Virus record (IMG/VR): IMGVR_UViG_3300014613_000057
Span: 1 to 35,818 of that record
Strand: one strand, 5' to 3'
Source of the DNA: a virus
Taxonomy: Duplodnaviria > Caudoviricetes
Length of the DNA: 35,818 nucleotides
Below the pieces are notes generated by a model. The model worked only from the letters and a program-made list of their open reading frames with translations. It was not told the DNA's origin and did no database searches. Of the stretch, positions 26,118 through 34,023 are shown in pieces. Position numbers and translations under genes: made by a program. Each line of letters starts with the position of its first letter. Position 1 is the first letter of the stretch.

Positions 26118-26291
26118 ATGAAAGTAGACATCACAATTGAGTATGCAGGTCAAAGTTTAACTTTTGAAAAGGTAGAGTTTGATGACCACAGACTTCTACA
26201 ATTTGAAACTATCCATGAAGCTGTTGTCGAGGACTTTTACTCTAATTTTGACATGACAATAATTGATGTTGTAACTGGAAAGGAGCTCTAA
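26118..26291 (+). CDS. Hypothetical protein (57 aa)
   Basis: MKVDITIEY...GKEL; GGAGGT RBS. Confidence 0.65.
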   Translation: MKVDITIEYAGQSLTFEKVEFDDHRLLQFETIHEAVVEDFYSNFDMTIIDVVTGKEL

Positions 26292-26292
26292 A

Positions 26293-26424
26293 ATGAATTT
26301 GGACGGACTGCTTTTGGGGTTTATAATTTATGGTGGAGTAATAATTGGTTCCTTCGTGTTAGTTCACCTACTTGTAGCAGGATATTGGATTTACTGTAAA
26401 ATTACAGGAGAGGAGTTTGATTAA
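26293..26424 (+). CDS. 43-aa membrane protein
   Basis: MNLDGLLLGFIIYGG...; AGGAG RBS. Confidence 0.6.
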   Translation: MNLDGLLLGFIIYGGVIIGSFVLVHLLVAGYWIYCKITGEEFD

Positions 26425-26425
26425 A

Positions 26426-26640
26426 ATGGCCTACACCACAAAAAACTTCAAAACTAAAAAGAGTTAAAAGCGGCAATAGACAACCAGGAACATATTTCCT
26501 GCTTTCAACCCGGTCCATTTGGAAAAGACCTCTCTAACTTTACAGGCAAAGTTTACCTCGAAGGTCCACACTACCCCAAGCCTCATAAGTGGTATGCAGA
26601 GGCGTGGATGGAGGGTGGGAAGGTGGTAAAGGTAAAATAA
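26426..26640 (+). pseudogene. Frameshifted small phage gene (MAYTTKNFKTK/KELK...EGPHYPKPHKWYA...VVKVK)
   Basis: Frame 0 stops after 13 codons; adding one A at the A5 run 26456-26460 gives a 71-aa protein that exactly fills the gap between neighbours. Confidence 0.7.
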
Positions 26641-26641
26641 A

Positions 26642-26995
26642 ATGGCTAAACCAAAAAAGATAAGTGAAAAAGAATATATAAGGAAGTATGAACACTTTTT
26701 ACACCGTGCTTTTAGACTCACAAAGAAGCATATGAACAGTCTCGACCCTTCAAACTTCTTTTCAGCTTCGTTCACTTCATGTTCAGGAGGTATAAACGAA
26801 AACAAAGAACTTCAAAACAATGTTTACAGATTAAGACACTTTACAAAAACTTCTTGTAATGATTACTGTCAAGATAACCTTCCAATGGCAAGTTGTCTAT
26901 GTGCAACAGGAGAAGACTATGCGTTCACTTATTGGTTTGCAATTCACAAGGTTGGAAACTGTCCATGGAAAGTTGAGAAGAAAGAAATTGTTTAA
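26642..26995 (+). CDS. Hypothetical Cys-rich protein
   Basis: CNDYC...CLC...H...CPW. Confidence 0.65.
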   Translation: MAKPKKISEKEYIRKYEHFLHRAFRLTKKHMNSLDPSNFFSASFTSCSGGINENKELQNNVYRLRHFTKTSCNDYCQDNLPMASCLCATGEDYAFTYWFAIHKVGNCPWKVEKKEIV

Positions 26996-27008
26996 AATTT
27001 AAACAATT
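26986..27008. promoter_or_regulatory. Dispersed palindrome copy 3 (AATTGTTTAAA-A-TTTAAACAATT)
   Basis: Perfect 23-bp palindrome immediately before the RBS of 27024. Confidence 0.75.
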
Positions 27009-27023
27009 AAGGAGACCACCTAA

Positions 27024-27221
27024 ATGGAAAAGAGTCGAGAAGTCTATCTCAAAGTAAAGGGCGAAATTGCAATTTGCACTTCAAAAACCACTTGTGATAT
27101 ATGTCTAAAATGGATTGAGAAAGGTGAACAACTTGGTTACGTTGAATTGGGTGATGAAGAGTACGAAAGTGTGCAAACGATTATAAACTGTCTCAACTGC
27201 CTAAAGAAAGAGACTAAATAA
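27024..27221 (+). CDS. Small zinc-finger protein (CDIC...CLNC)
   Basis: AAGGAG RBS. Confidence 0.75.
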   Translation: MEKSREVYLKVKGEIAICTSKTTCDICLKWIEKGEQLGYVELGDEEYESVQTIINCLNCLKKETK

Positions 27222-28025
27222 ATGATTCTCCCTACCTCACCTCGACTCTCCATCCTTGACCCTGAGGGGTTTAAGTGGCTCATAATGAGTGAGCAAGGAG
27301 TTGGTAAATCCTCTCTTCTTATGAGCATACAGAAATATCTTGACTCCCAAGGCAGACCACCTATACTTATACTTGACCCTGAAAGTAATATAGCCCTTTC
27401 AGGTTTTGTTGTTTCTATCACTAAGTGGCAAGACGACTTAGAGGCTCTAAAAGCTCTTATAAAACCAGATAGACCAATTTATAGTTGGATTGGAATTGAC
27501 AATCTTAATATGCACTATGATATGAGTTATACTGAATTTATGAAAAAAAGTCCTTTTGACTATCCTCCAGAAGACTTTGGAGCCACTTGGTCACGGATTA
27601 CAACTCAGTTTGTTACTTGGTTGAGAGGGATTATTAATATAGGGATTCCTATAATCGCAACTTGTCATCTAAATATGGTGGAACTAAAAATTAAAAAAGA
27701 CCCTTTTAATAGATACATTCCTGCATTTAGAGGAAGTAGCGCAACGAGTGCTTACAAACAAGTTCTCCAATCTTTCGATATATTGGGATTCATGACTTTT
27801 GAGACTAAGTCTGTTGAAGCACCTAAAGACTTAAGGAAAGACCTTCCTTCAAGTGTTCTCGCTAAAGACCCTGAAATGGCAGAAGTGAGGGTAATTCATT
27901 TTCAACCAAGTCAGTATTGGGATGCTCAGGTGCCGCTAAGCCTTCTACCTGCTAAAGTTACTCTTCCAAGTAATTGGGAAGAGGACTGGATTACAATTCT
28001 TGAGAACTGGAGAAAAACCACATGA
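27222..28025 (+). CDS. AAA_24-family ATPase (Sak4-like single-strand annealing protein)
   Basis: QGVGKS Walker A, LILDPE, IGIDN Walker B, G..W, ATCH, DILGF. Confidence 0.8.
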   Translation: MILPTSPRLSILDPEGFKWLIMSEQGVGKSSLLMSIQKYLDSQGRPPILILDPESNIALSGFVVSITKWQDDLEALKALIKPDRPIYSWIGIDNLNMHYDMSYTEFMKKSPFDYPPEDFGATWSRITTQFVTWLRGIINIGIPIIATCHLNMVELKIKKDPFNRYIPAFRGSSATSAYKQVLQSFDILGFMTFETKSVEAPKDLRKDLPSSVLAKDPEMAEVRVIHFQPSQYWDAQVPLSLLPAKVTLPSNWEEDWITILENWRKTT

Positions 28026-28348
28026 TTGAACTATGGAATGACAAAATCAAACCAACAAATTTCCATTGTCCAGAACGACCTATCAACCCACCCAACGAAC
28101 ACCCCAAACATTGGGGTATGGTGTTCTGTAAACCTATAATTAAAATTACAGGAATTGACAAGTATTCTTTCAAAGAAAAGACGATTACTGTTTACTTTGA
28201 GAACTATATTCCTGTGGATTTGGAAGGAGTCGAAGTTAACTCTCAAGAAGAAAGCGACCTTGTAATTACTGAATCACTTGCAGTGCTTGAGAATTTACTT
28301 CCAAGACGGTGCAGAGTTGCACTTGAAGATGTGGAGGTGGAAGGATGA
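28022..28348 (+). CDS. Hypothetical protein
   Basis: ATGA-coupled to the ATPase. Confidence 0.65.
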   Translation: MIELWNDKIKPTNFHCPERPINPPNEHPKHWGMVFCKPIIKITGIDKYSFKEKTITVYFENYIPVDLEGVEVNSQEESDLVITESLAVLENLLPRRCRVALEDVEVEG

Positions 28349-28470
28349 AAGACTTTATCTTCCCTTTTGCACTTAATTTCTTCCTCATTGCTGTTGGTTG
28401 GTATTTTATTGCACGAGGTGTTTGTGCAATTCTTGACACTATAAACTATTATGCAGAGAAGGAGGACTAA
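28345..28470 (+). CDS. 41-aa membrane protein
   Basis: MKDFIFPFALNFFLIAVGWYFIARG...; ATGA overlap. Confidence 0.6.
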   Translation: MKDFIFPFALNFFLIAVGWYFIARGVCAILDTINYYAEKED

Positions 28471-28471
28471 G

Positions 28472-28711
28472 ATGGCAGCAACTTGTGATTGGTGTAATAA
28501 AGAAATGAATGTTGATAACTGTGATGGAAACAAGACTGTAAATTATCTTGATGGGACTTCGTTACCTTCATCTACATATCATTTCGATGAGCCGTCTGGT
28601 CATTGCCATGATTGTAACATAAAACATGGAAATTATCATCATCCTGGTTGTGATGTTGAACGGTGTCCAAAGTGTGAAGGACAACTTATCTCTTGTGGAT
28701 GTCTTGTCTAA
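28472..28711 (+). CDS. Cys/His-rich zinc-binding protein
   Basis: CHDC...G.YHHPGCD.ERCPKC.GQLISCGC; AGGAGG RBS before ATG 28472. Confidence 0.8.
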   Translation: MAATCDWCNKEMNVDNCDGNKTVNYLDGTSLPSSTYHFDEPSGHCHDCNIKHGNYHHPGCDVERCPKCEGQLISCGCLV

Positions 28712-28745
28712 AAACATGTCTAAAAAGGAGGACTAAACTGGCGTC

Positions 28746-28898
28746 ATGACACTAAAAGAAGCCCTACTTGAAGAACTTCAAAAACTCCGACTAAGTCGGG
28801 AAAGACCACCTTTACTGCAAAGTAAAAGTAAGGTCGCTAAACAAAAACGGAATAAGTTATTTGAAGAGGCTATGGCTCTTCTAAAGGAGAATGATTAA
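28746..28898 (+). CDS. Basic hypothetical protein (50 aa)
   Basis: MTLKEALLEELQKL...KEND; AGGAGG upstream. Confidence 0.55.
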   Translation: MTLKEALLEELQKLRLSRERPPLLQSKSKVAKQKRNKLFEEAMALLKEND

Positions 28899-28900
28899 AA

Positions 28901-29371
28901 ATGATTCTTGAAGACCTTGGACCAAAGAGAAAGATTTTCGAGGACATGGAAGTGGGTGATTACCTCTTCGAAGTAGGCAAGCCAAACGATTGGCTCTCTA
29001 CTTTTGCCGACAAAACGGATGAAGAGGCAACTATGACTTACATTAATTGGATGCTTCGAGTGATGGAGCCAGAGGAGCAATCCGGGAGAATTTTTTTCCA
29101 TCGGACTATGTACTCGGCCTCTCCTGAAAAGATTGCTCAAGCAAAGAAACCCTATGACCCTGTGGGGTTTACTTATCAATTCTTTGCAAATATCGGTGCA
29201 GGAATTGTCCATTCAGGTGAAGTAACTGTTCTTGATGAGTATCTCACAGATGGTAGCATCGACTTGGATAAGATGGTCGGTATGAGGTTTTGGGGGAGTT
29301 TAAGAGAAGTGGCAGACAGAAAAGACCCAAGCATTAAGAGGGTTCAACTCACAAGGTGTTGGTCGGAGTAA
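28901..29371 (+). CDS. Putative ssDNA-binding protein (DUF669-like OB fold)
   Basis: F...G.Y, INW.L.V.EP.E..GR..F, LD..VG; co-located with the Sak4-like ATPase. Confidence 0.6.
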   Translation: MILEDLGPKRKIFEDMEVGDYLFEVGKPNDWLSTFADKTDEEATMTYINWMLRVMEPEEQSGRIFFHRTMYSASPEKIAQAKKPYDPVGFTYQFFANIGAGIVHSGEVTVLDEYLTDGSIDLDKMVGMRFWGSLREVADRKDPSIKRVQLTRCWSE

Positions 29372-29384
29372 GGGGAAACGAAAT

Positions 29385-29554
29385 GCGCTGAGGGGCGGCG
29401 TCCCGGCGGGAACCGGGACTCATGTCCAATATGGATGCTTGCGCTCAAAACCGTGGCTGGCTCGGCATCCATAGAGGGGTCTTTGTCCTACCAGCACGCT
29501 ATGGCCTTGCAAAGACCCAAGTCGGTACTAAGAATCCGGCCCGCCCCAAGGCGC
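29385..29554 (+). ncRNA. Candidate structured ncRNA: oversized tRNA-like cloverleaf
   Basis: Closing stem GGGGCGG/CCGCCCC plus four internal hairpins; GC-rich island (see findings). Confidence 0.6.
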
Positions 29555-29828
29555 TACTAAGGCAGGATGGAAGGAGAACGCAATGGCTGCTCCTGGAAAT
29601 GCAATAACATTGTTCAAGGAGGCAGAAGTAGAATGGGTCAGAGACCCGGAAAATAAAACAGGCAGAAAGATGTTACGTCTTGGTGTTCAGTGTTTTTGCG
29701 GCTTCAAAGGCAGACTTGGCGAATTACTCTGTGACCCTGACGACGACACGCCTAATAATTTCTGGTGTCCAATATGTAAAGGAAAAGGGTGGAGTTGGTC
29801 TTAGGCCCGCCCCAAGGCGCTACTAAGG
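29538..29828 (+). repeat. 25-bp perfect direct repeat GGCCCGCCCCAAGGCGCTACTAAGG (29538-29562, 29804-29828) flanking one ORF
   Basis: Direct comparison of the two copies. Confidence 0.95.
29583..29804 (+). CDS. Zinc-ribbon hypothetical protein (CFC...CPIC)
   Basis: AAGGAG RBS; bounded by the 25-bp repeats. Confidence 0.75.
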   Translation: MAAPGNAITLFKEAEVEWVRDPENKTGRKMLRLGVQCFCGFKGRLGELLCDPDDDTPNNFWCPICKGKGWSWS

Positions 29829-29853
29829 TGGGATGAAAGAGGGAAAGAGAGGT

Positions 29854-30033
29854 ATGAAAATTAAAGTATATCGTTCAAAAACTACTGGCCGCTTTGTTTC
29901 GGAACAAGAAAAAGAACTTAATCCCAATCTTGTGACTGAGGATTATGTTGAAATAGAATATTGGGGGGAAAAATTTGATAGGATGTTTGATGAATGCGGA
30001 ATAAGAATTCACGATGAAATAATACGCATATAA
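29854..30033 (+). CDS. Hypothetical protein (RS..TGRFVS motif)
   Basis: GAGGT RBS before ATG 29854. Confidence 0.65.
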   Translation: MKIKVYRSKTTGRFVSEQEKELNPNLVTEDYVEIEYWGEKFDRMFDECGIRIHDEIIRI

Positions 30034-30060
30034 AAAAAGACAATAGAGAAAAAGAAACTA

Positions 30061-30606
30061 ACCACCAGCCGGGGCGGGTAATACCAGCAAATTAAATAAT
30101 ATCAAAAGGAGAATAATTATGAGGTACTTCGATAACGCAGGGAGGATAATAGCATTTCAAGCCATCGAAAACGAGCGAGAATATCAAGATACAAAATGGG
30201 GAACAATAGAAAATCATCCCCATACTGTGGGTGAATGGCTTTTAATAATGCAATCTGAACTCAAAGAGGCCATTGAGGCATGGGTTCATAAGAAAGGAGA
30301 TAAGGAAGCCATCTTAGAAATTATACAATTAGTTAGTGTGGGTGTGGCTTGTTTGGAACAACACGGAGTTATAAGTCGGATTGAATTAACAAGGCAGACT
30401 GGGAAAAACACCGGCGAGGAGGAAGTGATGAGTAATTGTAAACGTTGTGGCTCTCCTTGGAACGGGGTAAAAAATCCGTCGAACTTAAAGCGATTCACTT
30501 GTGGAACACTTGAAGTTGGAGGTCGAAGTCAAGATTGTTATGAAAAGGACTTGTTCTGGCGGCTGTCTGTAGCTTCACCGCCCGCCAGGGCGGGTAATAC
30601 CGGCAA
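30061..30606 (+). repeat. 30-bp imperfect direct repeat (30061-30090, 30577-30606; 26/30 identical)
   Basis: ACCRCCMGCCRGGGCGGGTAATACCRGCAA. Confidence 0.9.
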
Positions 30607-30616
30607 GGAGGAGTGA
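30119..30616 (+). CDS. MazG-like all-alpha NTP-pyrophosphatase domain fused to a CxxC domain
   Basis: ER.YQD.KWG...EW...E..EA...E.IQ...V.VA.LE; internal RBS + ATG at 30428. Confidence 0.6.
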   Translation: MRYFDNAGRIIAFQAIENEREYQDTKWGTIENHPHTVGEWLLIMQSELKEAIEAWVHKKGDKEAILEIIQLVSVGVACLEQHGVISRIELTRQTGKNTGEEEVMSNCKRCGSPWNGVKNPSNLKRFTCGTLEVGGRSQDCYEKDLFWRLSVASPPARAGNTGKEE

Positions 30617-30843
30617 TGGGAGAATTACCGATATGGATTATAGAGGAGTTTGATAGGGCTAAAAGACTTGATAAAGAACTTGCCACCCTCAAAACCCGCA
30701 ACGAAGCCCTGGAGAAGGCCCTACAAGACATAGCCGAGGGGTGTTCTTTTCCCGATAATGAAGTTCAGAAGGCTATCCGAGACCGAGCCCGTGATGCCTT
30801 AACCCAAGCCCGCACCCTGGGGCTGGTGGAGGAGAAACCATGA
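30616..30843 (+). CDS. Coiled-coil hypothetical protein
   Basis: TGATG-coupled; LEKALQDIA...ARDAL. Confidence 0.65.
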   Translation: MGELPIWIIEEFDRAKRLDKELATLKTRNEALEKALQDIAEGCSFPDNEVQKAIRDRARDALTQARTLGLVEEKP

Positions 30844-31442
30844 CTGATAAATGTCCGTTTTGTGGGCAAGAACTATGGGGCGAACAATCTGACTATCATC
30901 CAATACGTATTTGGAAATGTAAAACGATAGGATTTTCAGAGGGTTTTAGTAGGAGTAACCAATGCTACGAAGCCGAACTCGCCTGCAAGGATGAACCGCT
31001 GCGGGAGGCGGTGGGGATAGCACAGTATTGTTCACAAGGTGGAAGTTTTTCGTTTCTCAAATATGGGACCAGTCATCCAATCGCATTAAAAGCCCGTGCC
31101 TTCCTCACCATCCCAGAGGTGGTGAAGGTGATGAGAGGAGAAGTGATGGATAAAAACCAAAACCAATATTGTGATGACCCCTATCCTAATGCATCCTGCC
31201 CCTGCCCTGCCCTGCCGGAGGGGATGGTGGTGGTGAGGGAGCAGGATTATGAAGATATTGTGGACATTTTAAATATGTTGTCAGAAGCAGAAAGGGGGGA
31301 GGAATATAGGCAATTAGAAACACCATCACCAGGGGTTGTCGTCTGCACAGGAGAATATTGGGAATATACTATCTTTTGGCATAATGATGGTCTTGTTCAA
31401 AATGCAATTCGCCTTCGGGCAGCACTGGAGAAAGGGCCATGA
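30840..31442 (+). CDS. Hypothetical protein (CPFC N-terminus), apparent two-gene fusion
   Basis: ATGA-coupled; internal GAGGAG + ATG at 31146. Confidence 0.65.
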   Translation: MTDKCPFCGQELWGEQSDYHPIRIWKCKTIGFSEGFSRSNQCYEAELACKDEPLREAVGIAQYCSQGGSFSFLKYGTSHPIALKARAFLTIPEVVKVMRGEVMDKNQNQYCDDPYPNASCPCPALPEGMVVVREQDYEDIVDILNMLSEAERGEEYRQLETPSPGVVVCTGEYWEYTIFWHNDGLVQNAIRLRAALEKGP

Positions 31443-31633
31443 AAGAACTCTTGGAAAAGAGAGCCAAAGAACTGTTTGGCCCAGATACTCAGGTAACTAC
31501 GGAGTATAGGGTGTGGATCCGCAAACCCCTAACCAAGCAGCGAGAAAGAAGCTATGAATTGGAGTGGCAGTTGCTAACGGAATTTAACAGCTACCCGATG
31601 GACTTTGGTTACTTGCCGGAGGAAAAACCATGA
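31439..31633 (+). CDS. Hypothetical protein
   Basis: ATGA-coupled at both ends. Confidence 0.65.
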   Translation: MKELLEKRAKELFGPDTQVTTEYRVWIRKPLTKQRERSYELEWQLLTEFNSYPMDFGYLPEEKP

Positions 31634-31827
31634 CCACCATGAATGACTTATATGGCGATGATGGCAGCCCCGAAGGTAATCATGAAGCCTGTCCTGATTG
31701 TGGTTGGTGTTTGATATGTGATGTTTGTATGTGTAAGTGGTTAAAGGAAAATCCTGATATGGAGGATATGAGGTTTCCATTTGTGAAGGAGGAGATAAAG
31801 CCATGCAGGCGGCGCATGAGGCAATGA
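31630..31827 (+). CDS. Cys-rich hypothetical protein (CPDCGWC..C..C.C)
   Basis: ATGA-coupled, GGAGG RBS. Confidence 0.65.
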   Translation: MTTMNDLYGDDGSPEGNHEACPDCGWCLICDVCMCKWLKENPDMEDMRFPFVKEEIKPCRRRMRQ

Positions 31828-31837
31828 GAGACTGACT

Positions 31838-32023
31838 ATGCCCCATGTAGAGGTGCGATACATCTCTGGCGTTAATTTAATCCCTGTCAAAATAGAAACA
31901 AGAGTCTATTATTTCAAAGGAATTAATTACTATACAGAAACTTGGACATATCAAACAGTTTCAAGTACTGCAATTCCAACCCCAAAGGCGGCGTATGAGG
32001 CATTAAAGAGGAGTAATTCATGA
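31838..32023 (+). CDS. Hypothetical protein
   Basis: Fills the gap; coupled to the next gene. Confidence 0.5.
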   Translation: MPHVEVRYISGVNLIPVKIETRVYYFKGINYYTETWTYQTVSSTAIPTPKAAYEALKRSNS

Positions 32024-32313
32024 CCGACATAGACCTTGAATTAGATAGACTACTCAACGAAGCAGAAGAATCTTTAAAAAGGCGAAAGAAACCCCTTAGT
32101 ATAGAGAAGGATGAAATTTTATGGGGTTATCATAATTCTATTTATGAATGTCTTAACTGTGGACGACTGTTTCATGGTAAGCTCTTTCATCCAAACTTTA
32201 ACATTCCAGAGAAGAGATTTGTTGCAGGTTGCCCTGAATGTTTAGATAAGAAACTTTGGTGGTTGCATCAGAACTTTACAGTTGAACGAATTGAAATGCC
32301 AGAAGATTCATGA
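32020..32313 (+). CDS. Zinc-ribbon hypothetical protein (CLNC...CPEC)
   Basis: GAGGAG RBS; ATGA overlap. Confidence 0.7.
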   Translation: MTDIDLELDRLLNEAEESLKRRKKPLSIEKDEILWGYHNSIYECLNCGRLFHGKLFHPNFNIPEKRFVAGCPECLDKKLWWLHQNFTVERIEMPEDS

Positions 32314-32335
32314 ATCGTTTAAATTTTAAACAATT
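32313..32335. promoter_or_regulatory. Dispersed palindrome copy 4 (AATCGTTTAAA-T-TTTAAACAATT)
   Basis: One mismatch; directly upstream of the HTH gene. Confidence 0.7.
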
Positions 32336-32347
32336 AAGGTGAACTCT

Positions 32348-32566
32348 ATGAATGAACTTGAATTAATCAAAGCTAAAGAAGTTGCAAAGATTTTAGGTTA
32401 TTCTGTTGCTCATGTGTACAAACTCTACAAGCAGGAAAAGATTCCTGGAATAGAGATTAAAGGAACAGGAGCAAAGAGGTTTAATAAAGAGGCAATTTTA
32501 AATCTTCTAAAAGAGAAGGAGGTCCAACAATGCCAACTTTCACCCAACAACACTTCAACTACATAG
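32348..32566 (+). CDS. Excisionase/MerR-like winged HTH DNA-binding protein (HTH_17)
   Basis: LI.AKEVAKILG.S...VY.L.....IP...I.G...RF. Confidence 0.85.
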   Translation: MNELELIKAKEVAKILGYSVAHVYKLYKQEKIPGIEIKGTGAKRFNKEAILNLLKEKEVQQCQLSPNNTSTT

Positions 32567-32739
32567 CAGAAATTATAGGCAACTTACCTGTTCTTTCTGA
32601 CCAAAGTGTTCAAGTGATTGTTGAAGAGTTTGGAAAAGCGTTTGAGTTGAATAATGAAAAGTTTAACTTTAAACGTTTTCAAAGTAAAGTCACGAGAGTG
32701 AGGGAGGGAGGAAATATAAATGAAAGAACCAAAATTTAA
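32530..32739 (+). CDS. Hypothetical protein
   Basis: FT.QHF..IA...N..F...RF; GGAGGT RBS. Confidence 0.75.
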   Translation: MPTFTQQHFNYIAEIIGNLPVLSDQSVQVIVEEFGKAFELNNEKFNFKRFQSKVTRVREGGNINERTKI

Positions 32740-32893
32740 AGTCAACGATATTGTGTTGTATAATAGAATGTCTTGTACAGTTAAAGTGGGACCAATAAAG
32801 TATGGAGATTTTTATATATACGACCTTGTAGAGTTAGAATTTAAAACTGAATTTGATGGTGTCTTTGAAGAGTTTATGGAAATTCTATATTAA
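32720..32893 (+). CDS. Hypothetical protein (57 aa, PKFKV.DIV)
   Basis: Below the track cutoff; GGAGG RBS. Confidence 0.65.
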   Translation: MKEPKFKVNDIVLYNRMSCTVKVGPIKYGDFYIYDLVELEFKTEFDGVFEEFMEILY

Positions 32894-32905
32894 AAAGGAG
32901 AGAAG

Positions 32906-33094
32906 ATGAGAAAATCTGAATTTGAATACATCATTGACGCCTTGATTCCAGCTTGTAAAGTGGCAAAGTTAACTCATAACCAAACTCGTTCAATTCTACG
33001 TGCATTGGCAAATGCTCTGGATTTGAAGTATATAGCCACGCCTTATGAAGTTTCCATGAAGTATGCGATGGATAAATTGGAGGGCTCGAAATGA
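32906..33094 (+). CDS. Hypothetical protein
   Basis: AGGAG RBS; ATGA-coupled to the nuclease. Confidence 0.7.
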   Translation: MRKSEFEYIIDALIPACKVAKLTHNQTRSILRALANALDLKYIATPYEVSMKYAMDKLEGSK

Positions 33095-34023
33095 AAATCG
33101 ACCACACCCAACGAGCAGCATGGCAGAACTGTCAAAGACTTTACTTTCTACGACACTTCCTTGGAATTCGCAAAGCAACAGCCGATTCACCTGGCTTCTC
33201 CTTCGGCTCGGCGTTTCATGCAACGTCAGAAATCGTAGACAGGTGGAACAATATTGACCTTGCAATGAGTCAATTTACAAACATGTTCAACTTTCCCGAC
33301 GACAAAGTACGAACACTTACTCGTGCAAGGGATTTGCTTGAACAGTATGGAAAGTTTATCAAACAAAAAGGTTGGGAGTTTAAAGTTCAAGATGATGACT
33401 CCATGGAGTTGACCTTCGTCGTGCCTATGGACCAAGACATTGACTATTGTGGAAAAATAGATAGACACCTACTCACTGGCGACATTGCTGAGTATAAAAC
33501 TACCTACTACCTCTACAATTCTGGTGGCAATCCTCTTCCATTTCTCCAAAAGTGGTGGGGACATAACTCTATTCGAGGTTATGCTTGGGCAACAGAGAAA
33601 CTTACAGGTGAAAAGGTAAACAAATGTCATCTCGTAGGAATAGGTGTTTACCCTCAAAAACCCAAAACAGGTGAACCATATTCTTGCATAGAGACCTTAC
33701 CTATTCCTGTGCTTGAGTGGGAAAAGGAACAACTGGTAAGAGAAGTAGCTATAATTGCTAATGACATAATGCATTGGGCAAGAATGCTCAGTCTAAGTGT
33801 TAACTCTAACTTCCATGAAAACATAACTAACACCTTTGAAAATTCTCTCTGGAAACATTTTACCTGTAACACCAGTCACTGTTATTACCACACCAACCCA
33901 TGCCAATTCGTTGACTTGTGCACTCGAGACGTTCCTAAAGGTTTGTTTGAGAATAACTATGTTTTGGATCCTTTCCTTCCCTGGGAAGATACGGTATTGA
34001 GTAAAGACGGAGGTGAGGAATGA
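33091..34023 (+). CDS. PD-(D/E)XK nuclease (RecB/Cas4-like exonuclease)
   Basis: C.R, FGSAFH, E, GKID, EYKT, C-terminal C...C.F..LC (Fe-S ligand pattern). Confidence 0.85.
   Translation: MKIDHTQRAAWQNCQRLYFLRHFLGIRKATADSPGFSFGSAFHATSEIVDRWNNIDLAMSQFTNMFNFPDDKVRTLTRARDLLEQYGKFIKQKGWEFKVQDDDSMELTFVVPMDQDIDYCGKIDRHLLTGDIAEYKTTYYLYNSGGNPLPFLQKWWGHNSIRGYAWATEKLTGEKVNKCHLVGIGVYPQKPKTGEPYSCIETLPIPVLEWEKEQLVREVAIIANDIMHWARMLSLSVNSNFHENITNTFENSLWKHFTCNTSHCYYHTNPCQFVDLCTRDVPKGLFENNYVLDPFLPWEDTVLSKDGGEE

Noticed and set aside
27222-28025. AAA ATPase as the sigma54 activator
   Set aside because: No GAFTGA loop or C-terminal HTH; motifs and SSB/exonuclease context fit Sak4/AAA_24.
29392-29548. Canonical tRNA or tmRNA gene
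   Set aside because: No TTC T-loop, no 7-nt anticodon loop, no G3-U70, no tag reading frame, wrong length; kept only as a tRNA-like ncRNA candidate.
29422-29607. Track ORF of 61 aa
   Set aside because: No good RBS, overlaps the structured RNA and the next gene, atypical composition.
33091-34023. Cas4 as part of a CRISPR system
   Set aside because: No cas1/cas2 or array; stand-alone Cas4-like exonucleases are common in phage recombination modules.
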